From: Alphaproteobacteria bacterium
GTDB lineage: Bacteria; Pseudomonadota; Alphaproteobacteria; UBA828
Length of the DNA: 64,000 bases
Direction of reading: 5' to 3'
Assembly: GCA_965221125.1 (NCBI GenBank)
Contig: CBDCRW010000005.1
Span: 160,001-224,000, forward strand
Positions 51,304 through 60,849 of the stretch are shown piece after piece. Under the pieces are notes generated by a model. That model did not search any database. It was not told the origin of the DNA and saw nothing but the letters and a program-made list of their open reading frames with translations. The position numbers were made by a program, and so were the translations under genes. The stretch's first letter is position 1; the number at the start of each line of letters is the position of its first letter.

Positions 51304-52563
51304 TCAGGCGCCCTCGCGGGCTTCACCTTCCTCGCGGGTGGCGAGGGCCACCATCGCGTTGAGCAGCACGTCGCAGCCGGCGGCCACGTCGGCCTGGGTC
51401 GCGGCCTCGATCTCGTTGTGGCTGATGCCGTCCTCGCAGGGGATGAAGATCATGCCGGTGGGTGCGACGCGCGAGACGTAGACCGCGTCGTGGCCCGCGC
51501 CCGAGGTGATCGGCTTGTTCGCGTAGCCGAGAGACTCCGCCGCCTCCTGCACGGCGCCGACGCAGTCGCGCGCGAACTTCACCGGCGGCGAGTGCCAGAT
51601 CTCGTCGACCGTGATCTCCAGCTTGCGCTCGGCGGCGATCTCGTCGGCCTGGCGGCGAGCCTCCAGGGTCATCGCGGCCAGCGTGTCGGCGTCGGGGTGG
51701 CGCAGGTCGATGGAGAAGTAGACCGAGCCCGGAATGACGTTGCGCGAGTTCGGGCTCACCCGCATGACGCCGACGGTCGAGCGGGCGTCCGGCGCGTTGT
51801 CGAGCGCGAGCTGGTCGATCGCGGCGACGAGCCTGGCGGCGCCGACGAGCGCGTCCCTGCGGCGCTCCATCGGCGTCGTGCCAGCGTGGGATTCCATCCC
51901 CGTCACGGTCACGTCGAACCAACTGATGCCCTGCACCCCTTGCACGATGCCGATGGTCTTCTCTTCCGCCTCGAGGATCGGCCCCTGCTCGATGTGGGCC
52001 TCGAAGAAGGCGCCCACGGCGCGCCCGCCGCATTCCATCTCGCCGGCGTAGCCGATGCGCTCAAGCTCCTCGCCGATGGTCTTGCCGTCGACGTCCGCGC
52101 ACGCCAGGCCTTCCTCCAGCGTGAAGACGCCGCCGAAGACGCCGGACGCCACCATGGCCGGCGCGAAGCGCGAGCCTTCCTCGTTGGTCCAGGCCGAGAC
52201 CTCGATGGGGGCGTCGGTCTCGTAGCCGAGGTCGTTCAAGGTGCGGATCACCTCCAGGCCCGCGAGCACGCCGTAGATGCCGTCGAACTTGCCGCCGGTC
52301 GGCTGGCTGTCGATGTGGCTGCCAGTCATCACCGGCGGCAGCGAATCGTCCCTGCCGGCGCGGCGCGCAAAGATGTTGCCCATCCTGTCGACGCTCACGC
52401 TGCAGCCGGCCTCCTCGCACCACTGGACGAAGAGGTCGCGCGCCGCCTTGTCCACGTCGGTGAGCGCGAGCCGGCAGACGCCGCCCTTCTCCGTCGCGCC
52501 GATCTTCGCCATCTCCATGAGGCTCGCCCACAGGCGATCGCCGTCCACCTTGAAGTTCCGCAC
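51304..52563 (-). CDS. Zn-dependent N-carbamoyl-amino acid / beta-ureidopropionase-type amidohydrolase (M20)
   Basis: GSHIDSQPTGGKFDG, NEEGSRF, EAHIEQGP, HAGTTPM, SGAGHDA, GISHN. Confidence 0.92.
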   Translation of the reverse strand: MRNFKVDGDRLWASLMEMAKIGATEKGGVCRLALTDVDKAARDLFVQWCEEAGCSVSVDRMGNIFARRAGRDDSLPPVMTGSHIDSQPTGGKFDGIYGVLAGLEVIRTLNDLGYETDAPIEVSAWTNEEGSRFAPAMVASGVFGGVFTLEEGLACADVDGKTIGEELERIGYAGEMECGGRAVGAFFEAHIEQGPILEAEEKTIGIVQGVQGISWFDVTVTGMESHAGTTPMERRRDALVGAARLVAAIDQLALDNAPDARSTVGVMRVSPNSRNVIPGSVYFSIDLRHPDADTLAAMTLEARRQADEIAAERKLEITVDEIWHSPPVKFARDCVGAVQEAAESLGYANKPITSGAGHDAVYVSRVAPTGMIFIPCEDGISHNEIEAATQADVAAGCDVLLNAMVALATREEGEAREGA

Positions 52564-52644
52564 CGTCCCGCTCCGTCGCTGTCGTAAGCCCCAGGGTGTC
52601 TATTATAGAGCGCGCCCGCGATCGCAAGGGGAGAGCGCCGCGCC

Positions 52645-53169
52645 ATGCCCGCGACGATCCTGCCGGATGTATTGCCCGACGTGCTGCCCGATGTGCTGGG
52701 GCCGGAGCTGCACATCGTCTTCTGCGGCTCGGCGGCGGGCGCGGCCTCGGCGCGGGCGGGCGCCTACTATGCCGGGCCCGGCAACCGCTTCTGGCCGACG
52801 CTCCACAGCGTCGGCCTCACGCCCCGCCTGCTGGCGCCGGCCGAGTTTCGCACCGCACTCCGCTACGGCATCGGCCTCACCGACCTCTGCAAGACGGAAT
52901 CCGGGGCGGACTCCGGCCTCTCGGCGCAAGCCGACGATGCGGCGGCGCTCGCAGCCAAGATCGCGCGCCACCGGCCTACCGTGCTCGCCTTCAACGGCAA
53001 GCGGGCGGCGCGCGTCTTCCTGGATGCGGAACGCCTCGCCTACGGCGAGCAGCCGCGGCGCATCGGCGAGACCGCGATCCACGTGCTGCCGTCGACCTCC
53101 GGCGCGGCGCGGCGCTGGTGGGACGAGGCGTTCTGGCGCAGAGTCGCGGACGCCGCGCGCGCGGAATGA
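52645..53169 (+). CDS. mug: Mismatch-specific uracil/thymine DNA glycosylase
   Basis: VFCGSAAG, YYAGPGNRFW, GIGLTDL, FNGK, LPSTSG. Confidence 0.85.
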   Translation: MPATILPDVLPDVLPDVLGPELHIVFCGSAAGAASARAGAYYAGPGNRFWPTLHSVGLTPRLLAPAEFRTALRYGIGLTDLCKTESGADSGLSAQADDAAALAAKIARHRPTVLAFNGKRAARVFLDAERLAYGEQPRRIGETAIHVLPSTSGAARRWWDEAFWRRVADAARAE

Positions 53170-53180
53170 CGGAGGGAGCC

Positions 53181-54863
53181 ATGGCGATCGGCAGCGAGAC
53201 CATCAGGCGGTTGAACGAGGAATGCCAGCGCATCCCGCTCACGGACGAGCGGGCGGCCGAGCTTCCCGTCGAGCTGGGTCAGCTTCATGCGGCGGTCGAG
53301 GCCGCGCGGCCCGACCACGACTTCGACCGGCTGCCGGCTGCCTTCGAGCAGGCGCTGCACGCGCTGCGGGCCGAGGACGACGCGCAGGCGGACGCCGGCA
53401 CTGGCGCCGCGAATGGCGTGGGCACGAGCGCGGCCGGCGACGGCGGCGAGATCGCGGCGCTCAGCCTCTGCGAGGCGGCGGATGCGGTGGCGGGCGGCGA
53501 TCTCTCCGCCACCGACCTGGTGGAAGCCGCGCTCGCGCGCATCGACCGGCTGGATCCCGAGCTTCACGCCTTCGTCCGCCTGGAGGCTGAGGACGCGCTG
53601 GCCCGGGCGCAGGCGATGGACCGCAACCGGGGCTGCGGCGAGGCTGTTGGCCCGCTCGCCGGCGTGCCCATGGCGCACAAGGACATGTACTACCGCGCCG
53701 GCAAGGATTCCGGATGCGGCTCCCGCATCAGGCGGGATTTTCGGCCGGCCGCGACCGCCACCGTGCTGGAGCGCCTGGACAGGGCCGGCGCCATCGACCT
53801 GGGCGGCCTCGCCATGGTCGAGTTCGCCATGGGCCCCCACGGCTTCAACGCCCACCTGCCGCGCTGCCGCAACGCCTGGGATTTCGAGCGCATCCCCTGC
53901 GGCTCGTCGTCCGGCTCGGGCACGGCGGTGGCCGGCCGCCTCGTCTACGCCGCGCTGGGCTCGGACACCGGCGGCTCCATCCGCTGCCCGGCGGCGGCCA
54001 ACGGCATCGCCGGCATCAACCCGACGATGGGGCGCGTCAGCCGCTTCGGCTGCATGCCGATGTCGTGGTCGCTCGACGTGATGGGGCCGCTCGCGCGCAC
54101 GGTGCGGGACTGCGCCCGCGTGCTCGGCGCGATCGCAGGCGCGGACGAGAACGACGCCACCACGAGCCCGGTGCCGGTGCCGGACTACGAGGCGACCATC
54201 GAGCGGAGCGTGCGGGGCCTGCGCATCGGCATTCCTGCCGGCTACTTCGACGAGGACCTCGACCCGGACGTGGCCGCCGTGATCGAGGCCACGCACGCGG
54301 TGTTCGCGGATCTCGGCGCGACGCTCGTGCCGGTGGCCATGCCGGCGCTGCTCGACACCGTGTCCGCGATCCACCCGCTGCTGATGAAGGTCGAGGGCGC
54401 GGCCAATCACCTGCCGTGGAAGCGCGCGCATGACGCGGACTACTCCGACGAGGTGGGCAAGCGCCTGCAGGCGGGCTTCTTCATCCCCGCGACCGACTAC
54501 GTCAACGCGCTGCAGTACCGCGCGCACGCGCTCCGCGTCTTCGCCGACGACGTGTTCGGCGCCTGCGACGCGCTGCTGGCCCCGGTGCTGCCGATGCCGA
54601 CGCCCTCGCTCGCGGACACCGCCTACCGCGACGGCCCCGCCTACTTGCGGATGGTGGTGGGGCTCACGCGCAACACGCGCGTGGTCAACTACCTCGGCCT
54701 GCCGGCGCTGAGCGTGACCTGCGGCTTTACGCCGGACGGCATGCCGACCTCGTTCCAGCTCATCAGCCGGCCCTTTGCCGAGGCTCTGCTCTTCCGCCTC
54801 GGCCACCAGTACCAGCGCGAGACGGACTGGCACCGGCGCTGGCCCGCCGCGCTGCCGGCCTGA
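53181..54863 (+). CDS. Amidase signature enzyme (GatA/AtzE-like) with N-terminal extension
   Basis: AHKD, GSSSGSG, SDTGGSIRCPAA; about 90 aa extra N-terminus; RBS GGAGGGAG before ATG 53181. Confidence 0.88.
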   Translation: MAIGSETIRRLNEECQRIPLTDERAAELPVELGQLHAAVEAARPDHDFDRLPAAFEQALHALRAEDDAQADAGTGAANGVGTSAAGDGGEIAALSLCEAADAVAGGDLSATDLVEAALARIDRLDPELHAFVRLEAEDALARAQAMDRNRGCGEAVGPLAGVPMAHKDMYYRAGKDSGCGSRIRRDFRPAATATVLERLDRAGAIDLGGLAMVEFAMGPHGFNAHLPRCRNAWDFERIPCGSSSGSGTAVAGRLVYAALGSDTGGSIRCPAAANGIAGINPTMGRVSRFGCMPMSWSLDVMGPLARTVRDCARVLGAIAGADENDATTSPVPVPDYEATIERSVRGLRIGIPAGYFDEDLDPDVAAVIEATHAVFADLGATLVPVAMPALLDTVSAIHPLLMKVEGAANHLPWKRAHDADYSDEVGKRLQAGFFIPATDYVNALQYRAHALRVFADDVFGACDALLAPVLPMPTPSLADTAYRDGPAYLRMVVGLTRNTRVVNYLGLPALSVTCGFTPDGMPTSFQLISRPFAEALLFRLGHQYQRETDWHRRWPAALPA

Positions 54864-54888
54864 GCGGCGGGGGCGCAGCCGGGGCGCG

Positions 54889-55764
54889 ATGCGGCGGCGG
54901 CGCGCGATCGATAGGGCCGGCTGGGGGCGCACGGCGCTCTGCGCCGTCGTCGGCTTCGTCTACTTCCTGCCCGTGCTCTGGATCGTGCTGACCGCATTCA
55001 AGAGCCCGCGCGACATCCTCTCGTCCACGCTGGTCTTCACGCCCACCCTCGACAATTTCGCCAACATTTTTGCGCGCGTGCACTACGAGGGCGGCGCGTC
55101 GGTCGAGACCGGGTTCGAGCTCTACTTCGTGAACAGCATCGTGATCTCGGGCGCGAGCGTGGGGCTGGCGCTGATCCTCGGCACGGGCGCGGCCTACGGC
55201 TTCTCGCGCTGGCCGCTCAGAGGCAACGACACCTACCTGCTCGTGGTGCTGACCGCGCGGATGCTGCCGCCGATCGTCCTCATCATCCCGCTCTTCGTGA
55301 TCTTCCGCATGACCGGGCTCGCCGGCAGCTACCTCGGCATCATCCTGCTCTACACCGCCTTCAACCTGCCGTTCGCCATCTGGATGATGAAGAGTTTTTT
55401 CGACGACCTGCCGCGCGAGGTGGAGGACGCGGCCAGGACCGACGGCAGCGCGGAGTGGCGGGTGTTCTGCCGCGTCTGCCTGCCGCAGGTGAAGGCCGGC
55501 CTCGCCGCGACCGCGACGCTCGGCCTGATCCTCACCTGGAACGAGTTCCTGATGGCGTTGATGCTGACGGGGCCCGAGACGCGGACCGTGCCGGTCGGCA
55601 TCGGCGGCAGCCTCGGCACGGGCATCGGCGTGGACTGGGGCCGGCTCGCGGCGATCGAGACGCTGTTCCTGATCCCGGTGGTGGTGGTGACCTTCGTCCT
55701 GCAGAACCAGCTCCTGCGGGGCGTGACCTTCGGCACCATCACCCACGGCCGCCGCGGGCGGTAG
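54889..55764 (+). CDS. Carbohydrate ABC transporter permease (stand-alone)
   Basis: TM helices, EVEDAARTDG EAA motif, WNEFL. Confidence 0.88.
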   Translation: MRRRRAIDRAGWGRTALCAVVGFVYFLPVLWIVLTAFKSPRDILSSTLVFTPTLDNFANIFARVHYEGGASVETGFELYFVNSIVISGASVGLALILGTGAAYGFSRWPLRGNDTYLLVVLTARMLPPIVLIIPLFVIFRMTGLAGSYLGIILLYTAFNLPFAIWMMKSFFDDLPREVEDAARTDGSAEWRVFCRVCLPQVKAGLAATATLGLILTWNEFLMALMLTGPETRTVPVGIGGSLGTGIGVDWGRLAAIETLFLIPVVVVTFVLQNQLLRGVTFGTITHGRRGR

Positions 55765-55774
55765 GGCGCCATCG

Positions 55775-55903
55775 CCCCCACCTCACCCCGGCCCTCTCCT
55801 CCCCCGAGGGGAGGAGAGGGAGACAAGGCCGGTGCGGCCAGCGTTCCCCCTCCGCCCTCCGGGGGGAGGGGGACAGGGGGAGGGGGACAGGGGGAGGTGG
55901 GAA
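55775..55903 (+). repeat. Family A REP doublet core, copy 3
   Basis: CCCCCACCTCACCCCGGCCCTCTCCTCCCC...GGGGAGGAGAGGG...GGGGGACAGGGGGA (duplicated)...GGTGGG between convergent genes. Confidence 0.85.
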
Positions 55904-55925
55904 AACTCGGTGTCCCGCCGGAGTC

Positions 55926-56795
55926 CTACGGCTGCCGGGCGCAGTGCCGGTAGGTCTCGGGGCGGCGGTCGCGGAAGAACTGCCACGTGTCGCGGACCTC
56001 GCGGATCTGGTCGAGGTCGAGCGCGGCCACAACCAGCTCGTCGTCCTCATCGCCGCCTTGCGCCAGGATCTCGCCGCGCGGGTTGCAAAAATAGCTCGAG
56101 CCGTAGAACACGTGGTTGCCGAGGCTGGGCTCGGTGCCGACGCGGTTGTTGGTGCCGATGAAGATGCCGTTGGCGATGGCGGCGCCCACCTGCTCCAGGT
56201 TCCAGATGTGATCGCTCACGCCCCGGAAGGTCGCCGACGGGTTGAAAACCAGCTCCGCGCCCCCCAGCGCGAGGGCGCGCCAGCCCTCGGGGAAGTGGCG
56301 GTCGTAGCAGATGTAGACGCCGACCTTGCCCACGGCCGTGTCGAACACCGGGTAGCCGAGGTCGCCGTCGGCGAAGTAGTGCTTCTCGTCGAAGCCGTCG
56401 ATCTTGGGGATGTGGATCTTGCGGAACTTGCCGAGGTAGCTGCCGTCCGCATCGATCACCGCGGCGCAGTTGTAGAGCGTGCCGCTGCGGTCGCGCTCGT
56501 AGACCGGCGAGACGATGACCATGCCGTGTTTTTTGGCCTCTGCGCACATCGCCTGGGTGGTGGGCCCGTCCGGCACCGCCTCGGCGGATTCGAACCACCT
56601 GTCGTTGATGGTGGCGGGGAAGTAGGGCGCGTTGAAAACCTCCTGCAGGCCGAGGACGTGGACGCCCTGCCGCGCCGCCTCCTCGATCAGCGGCAGGTGG
56701 GCCGCGATCATGTTGTCGCGGATGGTCTCGATGGAATCGGTGGCGGGGTCCCCCTTCAGGTTCATCTGGATGAGGGCCGCCTTGACCTTGCGCAT
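55926..56795 (-). CDS. Nitrilase-family hydrolase, beta-ureidopropionase-like (paralog 2)
   Basis: LQEVF, FRKIHIP, YICYDRHFPEGWR, NNRVG, FRDRRP. Confidence 0.88.
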   Translation of the reverse strand: MRKVKAALIQMNLKGDPATDSIETIRDNMIAAHLPLIEEAARQGVHVLGLQEVFNAPYFPATINDRWFESAEAVPDGPTTQAMCAEAKKHGMVIVSPVYERDRSGTLYNCAAVIDADGSYLGKFRKIHIPKIDGFDEKHYFADGDLGYPVFDTAVGKVGVYICYDRHFPEGWRALALGGAELVFNPSATFRGVSDHIWNLEQVGAAIANGIFIGTNNRVGTEPSLGNHVFYGSSYFCNPRGEILAQGGDEDDELVVAALDLDQIREVRDTWQFFRDRRPETYRHCARQP

Positions 56796-56821
56796 CGCCG
56801 GGCCTCCTCTCGCTCGCCCGC

Positions 56822-57694
56822 TCAGACCTGCCAGGACGCGACGGCGCCGTAGGTATCGGGCCGGCGGTCGCGGTAAAAATTCCACGCGTCCCGCACCTCG
56901 CCGATCATGGCGAGGTCGAGATGGGCGGTGACCAGCGCGTCCTTGTCGTCCGGCCCCTGGCTCAGGATTTCGCCGCGCGGATTGCAAAAATAGCTGGAGC
57001 CGTAGAAGTGGCCGTTGTTCCACGGCGGCTCCATACCCACCCGGTTGTTGGCGCCGATGTAGACGCAGTTCGCGACCGCCGCCGCCGGCTGCTCCAGGGT
57101 CCAGAGGTGGTCGCTCAAGCCCCGCACGGTGGCGGACGGGTTGAAGATCACCTCGGCGCCGTTCATGGCGAGCTCGCGCCAGCCCTCGGGGAAGTGCCGG
57201 TCGTAGCAGATGTAGACGCCGACCTTGCAGAACGCGGTCTCGAACACCGGATAGCCGATGTCGCCGGGCTTGAAGTAGAACTTCTCGCAGAAGCCCACGA
57301 CGTGGGGGATGTGGATCTTGCGGAACTTGCCGAGGTAGCGCCCGTCCGCGTCGATCACCGCGGCGGTGTTGTAGTAGACGCCGGTCTGGGCCTCCTCGTA
57401 GACTGGCACCACCAGCGCCATGCCGAGGCGGGCGGCCTCCGCCCGCATCCGCTGCACCGTGGGCCCGTCGGGCACGCGCTCGGTGGCGCGGTACCAGCGC
57501 CTGTCCTGCTCGGCGCCGACGTAGGGCAGGTTGAAGAGCTCCTGGAGGCCCAGCACCTGCACGCCCTCCTGCGCCGCCTGCTCGATCAGCGGCAGGTGGG
57601 CGGCGATCATCTTCTCGCTGATCTGCTCGGGCGTGTCGCTTTCCACGTCGCCCTTGAGGCTCATCTGTATGAGCCCGGCCTTCACCACCGCCAT
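56822..57694 (-). CDS. Nitrilase-family hydrolase, beta-ureidopropionase-like (paralog 1)
   Basis: LQELF, FRKIHIP, EKFYFKPG, YICYDRHFPEGWR. Confidence 0.88.
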   Translation of the reverse strand: MAVVKAGLIQMSLKGDVESDTPEQISEKMIAAHLPLIEQAAQEGVQVLGLQELFNLPYVGAEQDRRWYRATERVPDGPTVQRMRAEAARLGMALVVPVYEEAQTGVYYNTAAVIDADGRYLGKFRKIHIPHVVGFCEKFYFKPGDIGYPVFETAFCKVGVYICYDRHFPEGWRELAMNGAEVIFNPSATVRGLSDHLWTLEQPAAAVANCVYIGANNRVGMEPPWNNGHFYGSSYFCNPRGEILSQGPDDKDALVTAHLDLAMIGEVRDAWNFYRDRRPDTYGAVASWQV

Positions 57695-57783
57695 TGCCGC
57701 AACTCCCCTGCCGTCACCGAAGCCGGCAGCCTAGCCCGGAAGTCTCGCCGATGTCATGGCTTGCAGGGCATTGCCCGGCCGAC

Positions 57784-57811
57784 TTGAAGCGTTCCCCATT
57801 TGTGGTACACT
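57784..57811 (+). promoter_or_regulatory. Sigma70-type promoter candidate for antitoxin gene
   Basis: TTGAAG-N16-TACACT with TG extended -10; RBS GAGGAG downstream. Confidence 0.5.
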
Positions 57812-57833
57812 CGGGCGCAAGAGGAGAGAGCCC

Positions 57834-58091
57834 ATGGCCAAGACGGAAATGATCCGTGCCCGCGTCGAGCCCGCGCTGAAGCACGAGGCCGAAGCGGTAT
57901 TCTCCCAGCTCGGGCTTTCGGCGACCGAGGCGATCACGCTGTTCTACAAGCAGGTGACGTTGCAGCACGGCCTGCCCTTCGCGGTGAAGCTCCCCAACAC
58001 CGAGACGCTCGAGGCGCTGCGGCAGGCCCGCGAGGACGAGTCTCTTACCGAGTACGACGGTGTGGAGGACCTGAAGGCCGCGCACCGCTGA
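57834..58091 (+). CDS. RelB/DinJ-family antitoxin
   Basis: IRARVEPALKHEAEAVFSQLGLSATEAITLFYKQV...GLPF...PNTETLEAL. Confidence 0.9.
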   Translation: MAKTEMIRARVEPALKHEAEAVFSQLGLSATEAITLFYKQVTLQHGLPFAVKLPNTETLEALRQAREDESLTEYDGVEDLKAAHR

Positions 58092-58112
58092 TCGGCACGG
58101 CCCCAGTCCCCG

Positions 58113-59612
58113 CTACGACATCATCGGGAAGGAGAGGTCGATGCCGGAGCGGATGCCGGTGGGCCAGCGCGAGGTCACGGTCTTGAGCTTGGTGTAGAAG
58201 CGCACGCCCTCCATGCCGTGCATGGCGTGGTCGCCGAAAAGCGAGCGCTTCCAGCCGCCGAAGCTGTGGTAGGCGACCGGCACGGGGATCGGCACGTTCA
58301 CGCCCACCATGCCGATCTCGACCCTGTTCGCGAACTCGCGCGCGGCGTCGCCGTCGCGCGTGAAGATCGCGACCCCGTTGCCGAACTCGTGCTCGTTGAC
58401 CATCTGCACCGCCGCGTCGTAGTCGGGCGCGCGGACCACGGAAAGCACCGGCCCGAAAATCTCCTCCTTGTAGATGCGCATGTCGGGTGTCACGCGGTCG
58501 AACAGGCACGGCCCGATGAAATAGCCGTTCTCGTAGCCCTGCAGCGAGAGGCCGCGGCCGTCCACCACCAGCTCCGCGCCTTCCTCCACGCCGAGGTCGA
58601 CGTAGCCCCGCACCTTGTCGAAGTGTGCCTTGGTCACCAGCGGCCCCATGTCGGCCTCGCCGTCGGTGCCGGGGCCGACCTTGATGCTGTCGATCTTGGG
58701 CTTGAGGTCCTCGATCAGCGCATCGCCCACCTTGTCGCCGATGGCGACCGCGACCGAGACGGCCATGCAGCGCTCGCCGGCGGAGCCGTAGGCCGCGCCG
58801 ATGAGGGCGTCCGACGCCATCGTGAGGTCGGCGTCGGGCATGACCACCGCGTGGTTCTTGGCGCCGCCCAGCGCCTGCACCCGCTTACCGTGGGCGCAGC
58901 CGGTGTGGTAGACGTACTCGGCGATGGGGGTGGAGCCGACGAAGCTCACCGCCGCGATGTCGGGATGCGCGAGGATCGCGTCCACCGCCTCCTTGTCGCC
59001 GTGGACGACGTTGAAGACGCCGTCGGGGCAGCCGGCCTCCTTCAGCCATTCGGCCATCATGATCGTGGCCGTGGGGTCCTTCTCCGACGGCTTCAGGATG
59101 AAGGTGTTGCCGCAGGCGATGGCCACCGGGAACATCCACATCGGCACCATGGCCGGGAAGTTGAAGGGCGTGATGCCGGCGACGACGCCGAGCGGCTGAC
59201 GGCTGGAGAAGCTGTCGACGCCGGTGCCGACCGACTGCGTGAAGTCGCCCCGCAGCAGGTGCGGGATGCCGCAGGCGAACTCCAGCACCTCGATGCCGCG
59301 GCTGACCGAGCCCATCGCGTCGGACAGCACCTTGCCGTGCTCGCGCGTCACCACCTCGGCCAGCTCCTGCTTGCGGCTCTCGACCAGCTCCTTGAAGGCG
59401 AAGATCACGCGCGCCCGCTGGATGGGGGGCGTCGCGGCCCAGCCGGGCGCGGCGTCGGCCGCAGCCTGCACGGCATCGTCCACCTCGGCGGACGACGCGA
59501 AGGGCACGCTGGCGATCACCTCGCCGGAAGCCGGGTTGTAGACGTCGCCGAAGCGCTCGGACGCGCCGGCCTGGGCGGCGCCGTTGATCCAGTGAGAGAG
59601 CGTTGCAGTCAT
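58113..59612 (-). CDS. mmsA: CoA-acylating (methyl)malonate-semialdehyde dehydrogenase
   Basis: ITPFNFPAMVP, KPSEKDP, FVGSTP, GGAKNH, GSAGERCMA, EEIFGP. Confidence 0.93.
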   Translation of the reverse strand: MTATLSHWINGAAQAGASERFGDVYNPASGEVIASVPFASSAEVDDAVQAAADAAPGWAATPPIQRARVIFAFKELVESRKQELAEVVTREHGKVLSDAMGSVSRGIEVLEFACGIPHLLRGDFTQSVGTGVDSFSSRQPLGVVAGITPFNFPAMVPMWMFPVAIACGNTFILKPSEKDPTATIMMAEWLKEAGCPDGVFNVVHGDKEAVDAILAHPDIAAVSFVGSTPIAEYVYHTGCAHGKRVQALGGAKNHAVVMPDADLTMASDALIGAAYGSAGERCMAVSVAVAIGDKVGDALIEDLKPKIDSIKVGPGTDGEADMGPLVTKAHFDKVRGYVDLGVEEGAELVVDGRGLSLQGYENGYFIGPCLFDRVTPDMRIYKEEIFGPVLSVVRAPDYDAAVQMVNEHEFGNGVAIFTRDGDAAREFANRVEIGMVGVNVPIPVPVAYHSFGGWKRSLFGDHAMHGMEGVRFYTKLKTVTSRWPTGIRSGIDLSFPMMS

Positions 59613-59649
59613 CGTGGTCCCCCGGTGTCCGTCGGTTCGATTCTTAGGG

Positions 59650-60768
59650 TCAGGCAGCAAGCGCCTGATCCGGCGCGAGGTAGTCGTGGCCGAGATCGAG
59701 CGCCACCGCCTCGTGGGTCACCTGCCCGCGGCAGACGTTGAGGCCCTGCATGAGGTGGGCATCGTCGCGCATGGCCTGGCGCCAGCCGCGCCCTGCGAGC
59801 GCGAGCACGAAGGGCAGGGTCGCGTTGCTGAGCGCGAAGGTCGACGTCCGCGCCACGGCGCCCGGCATGTTGGTGACGCAGTAGTGCAGGACGTTGGCGA
59901 CCTTGTAGGTGGGCTCGGCATGGGTCGTGGGCCGGCTGGTCTCGAAGCAGCCCCCCTGGTCGATCGCCACGTCGACCACCACGGCGTTGCGCCGCATGTC
60001 GGCCAGCATGTCGCGGCGCACGAGCTTGGGCGCGGCGGCGCCGGCGACGAGCACCGCGCCGATCACCAGGTCGGCGCTCTGCACCGCGCCTTCGATGGTA
60101 TGGACGGTCGAGAAGAGGGTCGTGGCGCTGGCGCCGAAAATCTCGTCGAGCTGGCGAAGCCTGGGGATCGAGCGGTCGATGATGGTGACGTTGGCGCCCA
60201 TGCCGACGGCCATGCGCGCAGCGTGGGTGCCCACCACCCCGCCGCCGAGCACCACCACGTCGGCGGGCGGCACGCCGGGGACCCCGCCGAGGAGGACGCC
60301 GCGCCCGCCCTGCTCCTTCTCGAGGCAATGAGCGCCGGCCTGGATCGACATGCGGCCTGCGACCTCGCTCATGGGCGCCAGCAGCGGCAGGCCGCCGCGG
60401 CTGTCGGTCACGGTCTCGTAGGCGATGGCGATGCAGCCGGACTCGATCAGGGCGCTGGTCTGGGCGGCGTCGGCCGCGAGGTGGAGATAGGTGAACAGCA
60501 CCTGATCGCCCCGCAGCATGGCGCACTCGGCCGGCTGGGGCTCCTTCACCTTCACGATCATCTCGGCCGTGCCGAAGATGTCCTCCACCTCGGCCACCAC
60601 CTGGGCGCCGGCGCGCTCGTAATGCGCGTCGAGCAGGCCGATCTCCGTGCCGGCGTCCTTCTCCACCATGACCCGGTGGCCGTGCTGCACGAGCTCGCGC
60701 ACGCCGGCGGGCGGAATGCCGACGCGGTACTCGTGAACCTTGGTTTCCTTGGGAACGCCGATCAGCAT
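59650..60768 (-). CDS. ald: Alanine dehydrogenase
   Basis: IGVPKE...[39 protein letters not shown]. Confidence 0.95.
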   Translation of the reverse strand: MLIGVPKETKVHEYRVGIPPAGVRELVQHGHRVMVEKDAGTEIGLLDAHYERAGAQVVAEVEDIFGTAEMIVKVKEPQPAECAMLRGDQVLFTYLHLAADAAQTSALIESGCIAIAYETVTDSRGGLPLLAPMSEVAGRMSIQAGAHCLEKEQGGRGVLLGGVPGVPPADVVVLGGGVVGTHAARMAVGMGANVTIIDRSIPRLRQLDEIFGASATTLFSTVHTIEGAVQSADLVIGAVLVAGAAAPKLVRRDMLADMRRNAVVVDVAIDQGGCFETSRPTTHAEPTYKVANVLHYCVTNMPGAVARTSTFALSNATLPFVLALAGRGWRQAMRDDAHLMQGLNVCRGQVTHEAVALDLGHDYLAPDQALAA

Positions 60769-60849
60769 GGCCGTTCTTTCCCCGATTGGCGATTTAACCC
60801 GCTGCGGCCGGCAAGGCGGCCGGCGCAGCGCGGCTTCTGTGGCCGGCGT

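Noticed and set aside
53181-54863. Glutamyl-tRNA amidotransferase gatA
   Set aside because: No gatB adjacent, and the sequence diverges from GatA after the amidase signature
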